Part shown: positions 9,185 to 19,630 of the stretch, piece after piece | How the letters are laid out: each line of letters starts with the position of its first letter | Position numbering within the stretch: the first letter of the stretch is position 1 | DNA from: a virus | DNA: 59,477 nucleotides | Direction: 5' to 3' (one strand) | Virus record (IMG/VR): IMGVR_UViG_3300022851_000003 | Notes under the pieces: generated by a model | What the model saw: the letters and a program-made list of their open reading frames with translations, nothing else | The model's database searches: none | Told to the model about the DNA's origin: nothing | Program-made: the position numbers and the translations under genes

Positions 9185-11536
9185 ATGACCAGTCTAGTTC
9201 CCCAGTTCCGTAACGGCATTCCCTTGTTCGTTAAGGGCAAGCTGTCTTTTTGCGAGGAGGATTGTGATTGCCAGCCACCTAATCCGTGCGAGCCATGTTG
9301 TGGATTCATGTTCTGGCAAGACAACAAGCCAGGCGAACCTGAACCGGTAGTATGGGGCGAGTTCAATGCCAACGGCGATCTATTCGAGACATTGACATAC
9401 CCTGGTATATCAGACGCAACCGTCACAGAGACGATTACAATTGTCGTGCCAACTAAATTCAGTCGGTATATTTGCGAGGGGGAGGATATCGAAATTGAAC
9501 TGACCTACTCAACCGACTACATCCTTCCTAACATCGGTGCCGACAAGTATTTTCCTGACGTGGTTCCGGTTATCCAGTGGGATCGTTCGTGGACGGCAAA
9601 TTGCAATGTAATGCCCAACGGAGGTTGCGACCCTGGCGTCTCGATCGATGTAAACAAAAAGGGATTGATGGAGAACTGGGCTAACGATGTTGAGGAGATG
9701 TGGCTTCAGTTGACCTACACTGCTTGCTACCATGAGTACGAAAACGATCCGGCAGAACTGGTAGTAGGAAGCAGAAACTACGGCACCGCTCGGAAGTTGC
9801 GAGTCGTGCCATGCACGCCAGAAGTGACTTGCTGTCCTCATCCTTACGAGTGCGCTGATTGCTGTCTCTATTTGACGAGTTCTAAAATCCTCGCGGGCAT
9901 TCGCGGTTTGTCTGTCAGAGAGGTCATGAGCGATCCGGCCCTTGATATCAAGGAGGGCTTGGACAACATGGTAGATGAAGAGAGTATTATCTACTACAAA
10001 GAGGATCCAACAGGCGCGAGGATGTACGTGATTGCCACACCGGCTGGAGGAACAAAAAGGACAGTATGTCCGCTTGTTTCTGGGTTAGATGATCCAACGA
10101 ATGCGGGCAATTTCATTGAACTGGAAATTATCTACATCCCGTCGAGTCTTAATCCACGGATCGTGTGGAATCAAGAAATGTGCATTAGCTTTCACCCTGA
10201 CGTGTGGGAGTTAGCTGGAAGCTCCGACTCTGGGTGCGATGCGTTTGAAACAGTCTGTGTACCAACTGATCCCGATGATGTCGACGTACCTGGGTATAGC
10301 TGGACAGCCACTCTTTTACTGAAGTGCTATCCGTTCGGCGGTGCGCCACTAGACATAGCCAGAATGGCAGACATTGTCGTACAAATATCCGACCAAGACA
10401 CTAACCCAGACGGTCAGCCGTACACGTTTTTTGAGGGCATGGGAATCACGATTCCATTCGGATACTGCGGCGCAAACGACTACGAATGCTGCCCTGACAT
10501 AATCCCTGAATGCGAAGATTGTTGCATGATATTTGATTCAGCAGCCGGTCATATCTATGATTTGTCCGTTGATGGTGAAATAAATGCCACCATGCCTGTT
10601 TGTGATGATACCGGAGAATTGATTGGCTCACTAGGAATCTCTATTTTCGGGGACAAGCTATGCAAAGGTGCTGGCATGATTGTCAGTGTCGATAATGCCG
10701 GCGGCATGGAAATCGAAGTGTGCATTGAAGTCACTGGAGATTTCGAGGGGTTTGCTGATGAAGCACCGGAAGCTGACTCATTCCCTTCAATCAGCAAATT
10801 CTGCTGGGATCCCGCACCCGCAGTGATGAGTGTTACGAGAGTGGCTAAATGCAAGGATTTTTATGCGGGGGCTACGGTAGTAATTACGGCGGGTAATTCG
10901 CTAGCCACTTTTGAGTGGAAAGGATGCCCCGAGACAAGCTGCTGCTGCGAGGAATACGTTCCCTGCTGCGGCGGAAATTGCTATGTTCCTGATGCAACCA
11001 ACATTACACAACTGGAACTCATTTCTGACCTCGACGATGGCCGTCAAGAAATATACGATCAGAACGGTCCTAGTTTTTGGATCCATCCAGAATCAACGAT
11101 TGACGTGTCTTTGTGGAACTGTCCAGAAAAACTTGTGGATAAGCCGCGATGTGATTGGTATGTGCCGATCGAACAGCGGGCAGGAAGTGATACTGTATTT
11201 TTAACGGGCGTGTGGATTAATGGTATATTGGCGGCAGACTTAATCGTGGGCGCAGGAGCCAGCACAACACCACGGAACCCCCGATGGCAATTGCTAGGTC
11301 ACCTCCTGAACGCACCGCCCGGTGACGAAGATTGCTATGGAGAGATCACTGTGACCTCCCGAACCAATTCGCCTCCGGGAGATAGCGTTGCCACTTTTAC
11401 ATCTCAAGGCCCGTATCCATGGCCTACCGGAATGACGTGCTTTGATGATTGGGTCGTTTGGGAAGATGACCTTTTTGGCCCGCGTGTCTTGTTGTCGGAA
11501 TTCCCTGACGGTTTTTTTGATGGGCTGGCGATATGA
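9185..11536 (+). CDS. large cysteine-rich protein (putative virion or receptor-binding protein)
   Basis: 783-aa ORF with about 50 Cys in CC/CxC/CxxC clusters (CEEDCDCQPPNPCEPCC, ECCPDIIPECEDCC, CPETSCCCEEYVPCCGGNC). Confidence 0.55.
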   Translation: MTSLVPQFRNGIPLFVKGKLSFCEEDCDCQPPNPCEPCCGFMFWQDNKPGEPEPVVWGEFNANGDLFETLTYPGISDATVTETITIVVPTKFSRYICEGEDIEIELTYSTDYILPNIGADKYFPDVVPVIQWDRSWTANCNVMPNGGCDPGVSIDVNKKGLMENWANDVEEMWLQLTYTACYHEYENDPAELVVGSRNYGTARKLRVVPCTPEVTCCPHPYECADCCLYLTSSKILAGIRGLSVREVMSDPALDIKEGLDNMVDEESIIYYKEDPTGARMYVIATPAGGTKRTVCPLVSGLDDPTNAGNFIELEIIYIPSSLNPRIVWNQEMCISFHPDVWELAGSSDSGCDAFETVCVPTDPDDVDVPGYSWTATLLLKCYPFGGAPLDIARMADIVVQISDQDTNPDGQPYTFFEGMGITIPFGYCGANDYECCPDIIPECEDCCMIFDSAAGHIYDLSVDGEINATMPVCDDTGELIGSLGISIFGDKLCKGAGMIVSVDNAGGMEIEVCIEVTGDFEGFADEAPEADSFPSISKFCWDPAPAVMSVTRVAKCKDFYAGATVVITAGNSLATFEWKGCPETSCCCEEYVPCCGGNCYVPDATNITQLELISDLDDGRQEIYDQNGPSFWIHPESTIDVSLWNCPEKLVDKPRCDWYVPIEQRAGSDTVFLTGVWINGILAADLIVGAGASTTPRNPRWQLLGHLLNAPPGDEDCYGEITVTSRTNSPPGDSVATFTSQGPYPWPTGMTCFDDWVVWEDDLFGPRVLLSEFPDGFFDGLAI

Positions 11537-12690
11537 ATCCTTACATCGAAATGCGGCGAGCTGGCTACCTAATCACACGTCATTCCGACGATCAGATCCT
11601 CGTTCGACCAACGCCAGACGCCGAATGGCTTGAGTTTGCTAAAACACATAAACCCGAGATACTTGCATTCCTTCCCGCTAAGAAGGAAGACGAGGAGCGT
11701 GTTGAAGCCCAAGTCGCTAAGGCAATCAGCAAACCACTGGGCGGCGTCGGGACAGAACTGAAAAAGCTAATCCCCGATTGGTTTGAGAAGTCAGGCTGTG
11801 GTTGCAACGACTACGCACGAAAGCTCGATCGCAAGGGAGTTGATTGGTGCGACGAACACAGGGCCGAAATCGTTGAACACTTGGTCAAACAGGCCACCCA
11901 GACATTCCTTAAAGTCCTCGGTAAAGCATTCAACAAACTCGGCGCATCGGCGTTGCTTGCCACAGCGATTAGTCGATCGCGACTGCGGGACATCAAGGCT
12001 AACGGACTGCACCCTGCAAGCGACGCTCTCACGTTGGTCACGTCGCTGTCGACTACCTGCATTCGACGGCAATTGACATGCTTGCGAACGTGGCAATACA
12101 TGGGATTCCCGATCATTGCACAGCAAGTCGATCAAGAAGAAATCGACCAACTCGCTCCCCTGTTCCCCGACGTGACGTTCAAGATCGCGGAGGCAGTCCA
12201 CGAAAACAGGGTCACAATTCAATCACTGGCACAGGAAGCGAAAGAACAGCCCGTGCTAATCCTCAACGCTGACTTGGAAATTTATGCCGAGCAATCAATG
12301 TTCATTGAGCATTGGGCCGGTGGAACGGATTGCCGCATTGGCTTTCGCTGGAACTACGACGACATCCAATCTTGCACCCAAGAGCCCTGGGGTATTGATG
12401 CGGTGAGAATCACTCCGGCTATGGTGCCCCATATCGTCGAACCTACACTGCGACTCGGTTTCCCCGGTTGGGATTGGTGGTTGCCAACTCACTTGGAAAA
12501 AGCGGGGTTCCGTTTGTCCCGAGTGAACACTCCTGAACTCTTTCACCAGAACCATCCGACAACATGGGAGCCTCGCAGGAGCCTAGACGAACAAGCAAGG
12601 ATCGAAGCTGACTATGGGATCACAGTTGACGAGATGAGAGAGATGGCATCAAAGGACCGAAGCGGATGGAAGTGCAGTGTTACTTTTTGA
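11533..12690 (+). CDS. hypothetical protein co-operonic with sulfotransferase
   Basis: 385-aa ORF; overlaps both neighbours by a few nt. Confidence 0.5.
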   Translation: MNPYIEMRRAGYLITRHSDDQILVRPTPDAEWLEFAKTHKPEILAFLPAKKEDEERVEAQVAKAISKPLGGVGTELKKLIPDWFEKSGCGCNDYARKLDRKGVDWCDEHRAEIVEHLVKQATQTFLKVLGKAFNKLGASALLATAISRSRLRDIKANGLHPASDALTLVTSLSTTCIRRQLTCLRTWQYMGFPIIAQQVDQEEIDQLAPLFPDVTFKIAEAVHENRVTIQSLAQEAKEQPVLILNADLEIYAEQSMFIEHWAGGTDCRIGFRWNYDDIQSCTQEPWGIDAVRITPAMVPHIVEPTLRLGFPGWDWWLPTHLEKAGFRLSRVNTPELFHQNHPTTWEPRRSLDEQARIEADYGITVDEMREMASKDRSGWKCSVTF

Positions 12691-13291
12691 CCATTACCCG
12701 AAAGCCGCCGGAACGACGATCCGAACGTGGTTGCTCGAAAACTTCACCGACGCTTCCGTGGTATTCAACATCGACGACCTTGCACCGGGATTCACTAGCG
12801 GTGACTTCCGATCGCTTCCGAGGCACGAACGACACCGATTGAAATTGGTGATGGGACATGATGCCGGTGGACTCAGGAAAGAAATGCAGGAAGGCACCGT
12901 TTGCGTGACAGTCATCCGCGAACCAATCGGCCGACTTCTCAGTTTCTACCACTACGCCAAACAAACGCCGTTGATGGGAAACTTGCACGTTGATGCAAAT
13001 TACATGGACGTGACTTCGTATGCCGTCAAGCATGGCCTGACTCACGCCCTTGGGAAATACTACGGCAGCGTGGATCAAGTGCAGGCCAAATACGAGATAG
13101 TGGGTGACTCGGCAGACTTGCCTGAGTTTTGTAAACGGGTGCAAGATCGTATCTCGCTGCCCGTTGGGTTCACCGGCGAGCGACTGAACACGACACCGCA
13201 CCCGCAAGCAGCATCCTCAGAATTACAGAACCTATGCAAGTCGGATGTCGATTTCTACCAGGAATTGATGGGCCGCGTCGTCAATGCCTGA
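12677..13291 (+). CDS. sulfotransferase-family protein
   Basis: YPKAAGTT resembles the PAPS 5'-phosphosulfate-binding loop (PKxGTT); VIREPIGRLLSFY resembles the 3'-phosphate-binding motif (RxPxxRxxS). Confidence 0.6.
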   Translation: MLLFDHYPKAAGTTIRTWLLENFTDASVVFNIDDLAPGFTSGDFRSLPRHERHRLKLVMGHDAGGLRKEMQEGTVCVTVIREPIGRLLSFYHYAKQTPLMGNLHVDANYMDVTSYAVKHGLTHALGKYYGSVDQVQAKYEIVGDSADLPEFCKRVQDRISLPVGFTGERLNTTPHPQAASSELQNLCKSDVDFYQELMGRVVNA

Positions 13292-13386
13292 CAACGCCAG
13301 GAATTTCACGCTTAGTATTTTGATAGACCATTTGCGTTTGAGTGATACAATCACACCGAACTCCAGCACCTACCCAGAGAAGAACC

Positions 13387-14928
13387 ATGGATCCCAACAC
13401 TCGACAACAGCGTCCCAAGATCAAAAGAAAGATCGAAAACCCTGCTGACGTTGCAGAAGGCAGCAACATTTCGTCGCTCAGTCGGTTGATCGCCGCCAAC
13501 CCGATCACGTCCACGCCCGCTCGTGATGCGTCGGTGGCACGCACCAAGCGAACGATGGACAGTCTTCAAGGCGTGCAAGCCAATCTGGCATCTCCCACCT
13601 TCGGCATGGATACGCTCAACCGTGCTGGCAATTCCGCCAACACGCCGTCGATGATGGCACTCGGAACCGCACCGCTCGCTGTTCCCGGCCAAGCCGCCGG
13701 AGCGATGCAGTATGTCGCCAACCCGCGAAGCGCCGCCGGTGCGTTGGGCAGTACGGATCAATACAACATCACCACGCGGCGAGGTGCTTCAACTCCCGGT
13801 CCCGCAATGGGTAACCAAGGTGCGATCAGTGCCGCCTACGCAGCCCGCAATGCAAACCATGTCATGCCGTCGGTCCCTCAGGGTGACCGGGTTGCCCAGG
13901 GCATGAGCACAGATCGATTGTTCCCGAGCCCCGGCGATGCTGAAAACAAAGCCAAGTTTGAAGGGATCAAACTGGGTCGTGCCGCGCAGAAAGACAAGGC
14001 TCGCGACATGCGGATGCAACGGGCTCAGTGGCGAGGTGCGATCGGATACAACTCGCCCGCGATGGGTGGCGGTTACGCTGGTCGACGCAGCCCGATCTTT
14101 GACTCTGAGGGGAACATCGATCAGATGGCAACGACCGCGGCAAGTCAAATGGCGAGCAACCCGAAGCTCTCGGCACTGGCAACGCAGGCCAACCGCGAAC
14201 TCGGCCAAGGCGATCGGCGATTGAGCCAACTGGCGACACAGGAAGCGAACCGGGACGCATTGGCCCAGCTGCGTTTCGGACTCGACGAGACCCTTGGTAA
14301 CGCGAAGATCACCGACATGACGGAAGGTCGACGGATCGAAGAACTAAACATCGGAAATCAGTTCACGCTCGGGCAAGAACAGAATGCCAATCAGACTCAG
14401 ACGATTGAAAACCAGGGGACGTACCAAGCTGGTCAAATTGCCAACGACCAACGTCGCCTCTCTGACCTCGACGCACGGACTCAGATGGAACGCGATCGCA
14501 TGAAGTACGAAGAGGGAGAAACCGCGTCTGATCGGAAGATGCATATCAACGGAATGGGTGGATACGATGGCGAAAAGGCCGCCCGTGCCGCCATCCAGTT
14601 CGGTCAAATGCCGATCGATCAGCAAGACGCTTACACTTCCACGCTGGTTGGCCGCAGCCCAGAGGAACGTCAGGCAATGGCTTTGCAGATCCAACCGAGC
14701 CCTGAAGCCTACGCTCGCATGTACGAAGCCAATAAAGAAGACAGCACATGGTTTGGTGAGTCTCCCGAAGACAAGGCGATCCGCAAAGCACGTCGCGATG
14801 CCGGGCTCGCTGGCTTACGTGGGTACGGGATCAACCCCGAAGCGACCCCGGCCAACCCAACGCCCAAGCCGTTCCGAAATCCCATAACCTCAATGCCGAT
14901 GGTTATGAATCCGATGCTGAGCCTTTAG
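13387..14928 (+). CDS. Gln/Ala-rich hypothetical protein
   Basis: ORF 13342-14928; ATG at 13387 preceded by GAGAAG chosen over the upstream GTG. Confidence 0.45.
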   Translation: MDPNTRQQRPKIKRKIENPADVAEGSNISSLSRLIAANPITSTPARDASVARTKRTMDSLQGVQANLASPTFGMDTLNRAGNSANTPSMMALGTAPLAVPGQAAGAMQYVANPRSAAGALGSTDQYNITTRRGASTPGPAMGNQGAISAAYAARNANHVMPSVPQGDRVAQGMSTDRLFPSPGDAENKAKFEGIKLGRAAQKDKARDMRMQRAQWRGAIGYNSPAMGGGYAGRRSPIFDSEGNIDQMATTAASQMASNPKLSALATQANRELGQGDRRLSQLATQEANRDALAQLRFGLDETLGNAKITDMTEGRRIEELNIGNQFTLGQEQNANQTQTIENQGTYQAGQIANDQRRLSDLDARTQMERDRMKYEEGETASDRKMHINGMGGYDGEKAARAAIQFGQMPIDQQDAYTSTLVGRSPEERQAMALQIQPSPEAYARMYEANKEDSTWFGESPEDKAIRKARRDAGLAGLRGYGINPEATPANPTPKPFRNPITSMPMVMNPMLSL

Positions 14929-15136
14929 CTGCAAAGGCAATGATCGCCACACCGGTAGCAATAAACACTGCCGGTAGAGTTCGATTATGCAGTTGCACGA
15001 TAGCGAGCGAAGATCGATCCATGTTTGTGACGTACGAAGGACCGCTTAACGTCCTGCCGTCTTGCCGACAAGTGAAAGCGGCATAGAAAAAAACTAAGCC
15101 TGCTACCACCAAGAGAGCCCTCTTTACCATGTCCAT
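14903..15136 (-). CDS. candidate small two-helix membrane protein (antisense, moron-like)
   Basis: 77-aa ORF filling the gap between two plus genes; two hydrophobic helices; GGGAG 7 nt upstream of ATG. Confidence 0.3.
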   Translation of the reverse strand: MDMVKRALLVVAGLVFFYAAFTCRQDGRTLSGPSYVTNMDRSSLAIVQLHNRTLPAVFIATGVAIIAFAAKGSASDS

Positions 15137-18100
15137 CTACGATCTCCCTGTTGCCACTGCAACACGCCCCGGCCGTCTTCGTGGCCGATCGATCTATGAC
15201 AACGCCGGGTACGCTGCGCCGCCGATCGGTTTGGGCAATCTGCCCTCGCTTGCCGCCCCCACCATGCGAGTCGCGGGAGGGGCAGCATCGATTTACGATA
15301 CACCAAACCTGCCACCGATGCAGCCAGTTCCCGGTGCCGACCAGGCTGGACCCGCTGCGATGGGACCGCCAGTGGATCCCGACGATCCGTCTCTGTTCGC
15401 TCAAGCCCGCGACGTGGGACTCGGCGGATTGTCCATGCTTGGCAACTTACTCGACATTCCCGGTTCCATGGTTCGGGACGCTCTGACGTGGATCCCAGGC
15501 GGCATCGCGGCCCGCAATCCGTTAGACCAATTGCTCTCGCCGCTGTCCGACCAGAATCGCACGACGGGCGAGGAACTACTTCGCCTGGATGAGTGGCAAC
15601 CGGATTCGTGGTACGGATCGGTCGGTAAGTTCGGGGCTGGAATGGCTGCGGAAATTGCATTGGACCCCCTCACTTACATAACGCTCGGTGGAACCGCGCT
15701 GACGAAAACGGGTGGTCAACTGGCATCGCGGGCGGGAATGATGGGCGATGCCGCAAACGTCGCTAACCGCAAACTCGCAGCCCAAGCTGCCGAGGCCGGG
15801 ACCGACGCGGTGACCGTCGGCGCGAGAGAAGCACGGCAACTGGTCAATCCCCGCGAACTGGCGGCAAACCTCGATGAAGCCTCGCGTCGCAAGTTCCGTG
15901 ACGGAACGACCGGGGACATCCTCGACGATGCTGTCGAAACCGTTGCGCACACAGACGGCCACCCCATCGGCGTCGAAGAACTCGTGCGGTCCTACAACGG
16001 CATGAACGCTCGCGCCATCAAAGCCGGCGAGATGCCCGCTGCCAGTTTGTCCGACGACATGATCGATGCGTTCCGCACGGGAACCGCGTCGACCGATGAC
16101 CTGCTCGCTCAATCGAACATCCCGGCTGATTACCTCGACGAAGCGATCGGTGGAAACTTCCGGTTCAAGGTTCCGTTTGCGAACAAGCCGATCAACATCC
16201 CGTTCACCGACAGGGCCATCCCCGACGAATTCGTTTTCAACGACCTACGGTTGCCGATCCCTGGAAAAGCCCGCGAACTTGGCGGGTTGGGTGCGAGAGC
16301 AATTGGTGACCTTCCGATCCCGAAAACCGACAAGCGTATCCAAGACCTGATCCCTGATTTTGCGAGAGACCTGCCCGGCATGGCCGCTGACGGGCGCATC
16401 GAAGGGCGAACGATTGCGCGTGCGATGGACAAGACCGCCGATGCGGTGATGAATAACCGTCCAATGCTGACGGTGTCTTCGATGTTTGACCGAGTGGGTC
16501 GCGAAGCCAAGCACAAACTTTCCCGTGCCGCTGCCCGTGAATCGGCTCAACGTGGCGAAGAGATGGCTCGTGTTGTGCGAGAAGAAGCTGCGGGACCAAT
16601 GGCTGATGCTGACAAGAAAATGCAAGCCTACAGCCGAACCGAGGGCGTCACACAACAAGACGTACTGGACACTCAGTTCGATATTTTGGATCGCATGGAG
16701 GGAGCCTTGACCGACGATCAACTTAGTCCCGTTGCTGCTCAGTTCCAGCCTGCGATGGACTTCTTCACCAACGCCTTCCGCACGCAAGCCGATCAAGCAG
16801 AGGCGTTCGGCCAAAACCAACAACGGTTGCGTGAAGGCATCTCGTATGAAGTCCCCAAGGTCAACCCTGACGGAACCGAGGTTTTAGGCAAAGACGGAAA
16901 GCCCGAAATCGAAAAGGTTGTTCTGCAAAGTCCCATCGAGTATGTGCCTCGTAACCGGCAAAACGAATCGGGAGTAATGCGCCGCGTTGGCAATGCCATG
17001 AGCAAATCGGGACGGATGATTCAACCCGACGGATTCACCAAGGGCCGCGACGAGGCGATGCGACACCTTCGGACTTCGCAAATTCAACGCATGTCCCTTG
17101 ACAAAAAGTTCGCCGGTCGCGCTGACCGTGGAGTCCTGGGTGGAAAGCGATCGCGAGAACTCGCGGCAGGAAACACCGGGCAGTTTCCCGACACGGGCGT
17201 CATGGGAAGCTCGCTGCTTGAACGCGATACACCCGAGTGGGAACAAGCGTACTCCGCGTTCAAGAAAGCCTACCCGCCCGCAAAAGACTACATGCGACTG
17301 GCCGAACGTGGAGAACTCAAGGACATCAACGGGAACCTGGTCGAGTGGTCACCTGCGCTTGACGAAGCCCTCGACGACAAGCACCGGCAATTGTTCAGCA
17401 AGATCACACAGCTCGATCGCGCTCAGGTCGAGCGTGGTGTTCCGATGTTCGACACCAACGTCTTCCAGGCTGGATTGAACCGACTCGAGTCTGGCTACCA
17501 ATCCGCTGCCCAGGAACTCGGAACTCGAAAACTGCTATCCACGTCCGCACGATTGGCGAAACCACGTCCAGTTGCCGAACAGTCGGCCGCTCCCACAAGC
17601 AAACTTGCCTCCACCTCCGGTCGCAACATCGATTCAATGAACCTGCTTGGCGAGAACGGTGAGAACCTTGAACGTCTCGGACTCAATCACGATCGCGGAA
17701 AACAGAAACTACTGGGCGAATTGGCCGAACAGGGGCACGACATCGACGGCATGGCTGAATCGATCATGGCACCGAAGCGTGATAAAATTGCAACTGAGTT
17801 GACCGAACTGATCGCCAGGAACTCGGACACGCCCATTGCTGACCTGCAAGGACCGATTCGTGAGGCACTGGACAATGACCCCGATTCACTGCTGGCGGCG
17901 ATCACCACCGACGAAGCGATGCAGGAGCGGATCGGGAAGTTGGTTGACAAGTACACCAACGTCGAGGCCAAACCCGATGACATCTTGAAGAAATTCGAGA
18001 TCGACGCGGACTTAGGCAACGACATGATGGCCGTCAACACTCGGTTTTCCACGCCCGAGGAAATCAAAGCGTTCACCGAAGCGTTAGACGCATTCACCAA

Positions 18101-19625
18101 TATGTTCAAGACCAACGTCACCGCCGCGTTCCCCTCGTTCCATACGCGGAACTTGTTCTCGGCCATGATGCAAAACGCACTCAACGGCGTGACCGACACC
18201 TCCGCTACGCGATTGCGAGATCGATTCTTCAAGCCGTACTCGGATGCTCGAAAGGTAATCAATGGCGAGGTTCTTGCGGACGCGAATCAACTACCAGGAA
18301 TGGAAAAACTCTCACCCGAGGAAGCCACCGAAAAGTTCCGAGATGAAATCTTTGCCCAGAAAATCATTGATGCCACGGGCGACCACAACGACATCCCCGG
18401 CCTACCATCGGGTGGCGCGATCGATGCTCGGCCCGGTCAATCGCGTGGTCGTGCGGCGAACTTGCCTGAAAGCAAAGGGTGGGACTTGGTTGAAAAGATT
18501 CCATTTGCTAGGAACTTTGCCCGCAACGTTCGCGAGGCGTCATTGCCACCCAAAAAAACCCGATGGCGGGACACGTTCAACCCGCTCGAAAGTTCGGCCG
18601 TTCGTGGCACACGCGAAGGCACTGTGAAGTACGGCGGTGAGCGAATCGGTCGCGCCCTCGGTAACGAGATTGAATCCACGGTTCGGATCGCCCCGTACAT
18701 TGCCTTTCGTCGACAAGGTTTCACTGCATCAGAAGCCGCCAAAAAAGTTAAATCACTTCAGGTGGACTACAACGACCTAACCAGAACAGAACGCAAAGTG
18801 ATGCGGCGTGCTGCCCCTTTTTATTCGTTCAATAAAGGAGCCACCAAATACCTCGCGGGTGAATTATCCACTCGCCCCGGCGGCCCTGTGGCGATGACGA
18901 TCAAAGCCGCCGAGAACGCATCGGGCAACGACCCCGGCACGCCCGAGTACATTCGCGACGGACTCAACATTCCGCTTGGTGGTGCGGCAGAGGACGGATC
19001 ACGGAACTACCTGACTGGTGCCGGCCTCATGCACGAGCCTCCTGCTCAACTGCTTGGTAATAACATCCAAGAGACATTCTACAACGCAGCCAGCATGGCG
19101 CATCCGATCCCCAAAGCGTTGATCGAATACATCACCGACGAGTCCCTGTTCCTGCGGGACGGCAAGGGAGGCGGACGCGACCTGGACGACATCGACCCGC
19201 CCGTTGGCGGCACACTCCGTAATATCGGCCAATTCACGGGACTACTGGACAAGGAACGCCGTTCCCCCATTGACCTGCCGATCCCATTCGAGAAAGAGTT
19301 TGAACTGGCTGTCGCGAATTCGCCCGCTGCCCGATACCTGTCTCAGATTCGCAAGGCGACGGACAATCGAAAGAACCCTCTCGAAAAGCTGTTAAACGGC
19401 CTAACTGGATTCAATGTCGCCACGGTCGAACCGAATGACCGCGATGCGGTCCTGCGAGAACAACTGGAGCAACTTCTGCGAGACATGGGCGGTCGAACCT
19501 TCAGCCAAGCGTACATGCCCGATACGACACTCGCTGAAATGGGAATGTCGCAGCAAGACCAAGTCGCGAAGATCAAGGAAGCCCTCCGTCAGATCAACGC
19601 ACGACGACGAAACAGCAGCGATTGA
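15129..19625 (+). CDS. very large virion-associated protein (possibly tape-measure or internal protein)
   Basis: 1498-aa uninterrupted ORF ending the structural arc; no catalytic motif recognised. Confidence 0.6.
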   Translation: MSIYDLPVATATRPGRLRGRSIYDNAGYAAPPIGLGNLPSLAAPTMRVAGGAASIYDTPNLPPMQPVPGADQAGPAAMGPPVDPDDPSLFAQARDVGLGGLSMLGNLLDIPGSMVRDALTWIPGGIAARNPLDQLLSPLSDQNRTTGEELLRLDEWQPDSWYGSVGKFGAGMAAEIALDPLTYITLGGTALTKTGGQLASRAGMMGDAANVANRKLAAQAAEAGTDAVTVGAREARQLVNPRELAANLDEASRRKFRDGTTGDILDDAVETVAHTDGHPIGVEELVRSYNGMNARAIKAGEMPAASLSDDMIDAFRTGTASTDDLLAQSNIPADYLDEAIGGNFRFKVPFANKPINIPFTDRAIPDEFVFNDLRLPIPGKARELGGLGARAIGDLPIPKTDKRIQDLIPDFARDLPGMAADGRIEGRTIARAMDKTADAVMNNRPMLTVSSMFDRVGREAKHKLSRAAARESAQRGEEMARVVREEAAGPMADADKKMQAYSRTEGVTQQDVLDTQFDILDRMEGALTDDQLSPVAAQFQPAMDFFTNAFRTQADQAEAFGQNQQRLREGISYEVPKVNPDGTEVLGKDGKPEIEKVVLQSPIEYVPRNRQNESGVMRRVGNAMSKSGRMIQPDGFTKGRDEAMRHLRTSQIQRMSLDKKFAGRADRGVLGGKRSRELAAGNTGQFPDTGVMGSSLLERDTPEWEQAYSAFKKAYPPAKDYMRLAERGELKDINGNLVEWSPALDEALDDKHRQLFSKITQLDRAQVERGVPMFDTNVFQAGLNRLESGYQSAAQELGTRKLLSTSARLAKPRPVAEQSAAPTSKLASTSGRNIDSMNLLGENGENLERLGLNHDRGKQKLLGELAEQGHDIDGMAESIMAPKRDKIATELTELIARNSDTPIADLQGPIREALDNDPDSLLAAITTDEAMQERIGKLVDKYTNVEAKPDDILKKFEIDADLGNDMMAVNTRFSTPEEIKAFTEALDAFTNMFKTNVTAAFPSFHTRNLFSAMMQNALNGVTDTSATRLRDRFFKPYSDARKVINGEVLADANQLPGMEKLSPEEATEKFRDEIFAQKIIDATGDHNDIPGLPSGGAIDARPGQSRGRAANLPESKGWDLVEKIPFARNFARNVREASLPPKKTRWRDTFNPLESSAVRGTREGTVKYGGERIGRALGNEIESTVRIAPYIAFRRQGFTASEAAKKVKSLQVDYNDLTRTERKVMRRAAPFYSFNKGATKYLAGELSTRPGGPVAMTIKAAENASGNDPGTPEYIRDGLNIPLGGAAEDGSRNYLTGAGLMHEPPAQLLGNNIQETFYNAASMAHPIPKALIEYITDESLFLRDGKGGGRDLDDIDPPVGGTLRNIGQFTGLLDKERRSPIDLPIPFEKEFELAVANSPAARYLSQIRKATDNRKNPLEKLLNGLTGFNVATVEPNDRDAVLREQLEQLLRDMGGRTFSQAYMPDTTLAEMGMSQQDQVAKIKEALRQINARRRNSSD

Positions 19626-19630
19626 TCGAA

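Noticed and set aside
15576-18262. Several minus-strand ORFs of 120-190 aa inside the 1498-aa gene
   Set aside because: All are antisense to one long uninterrupted plus-strand ORF; expected by chance in GC-rich DNA.
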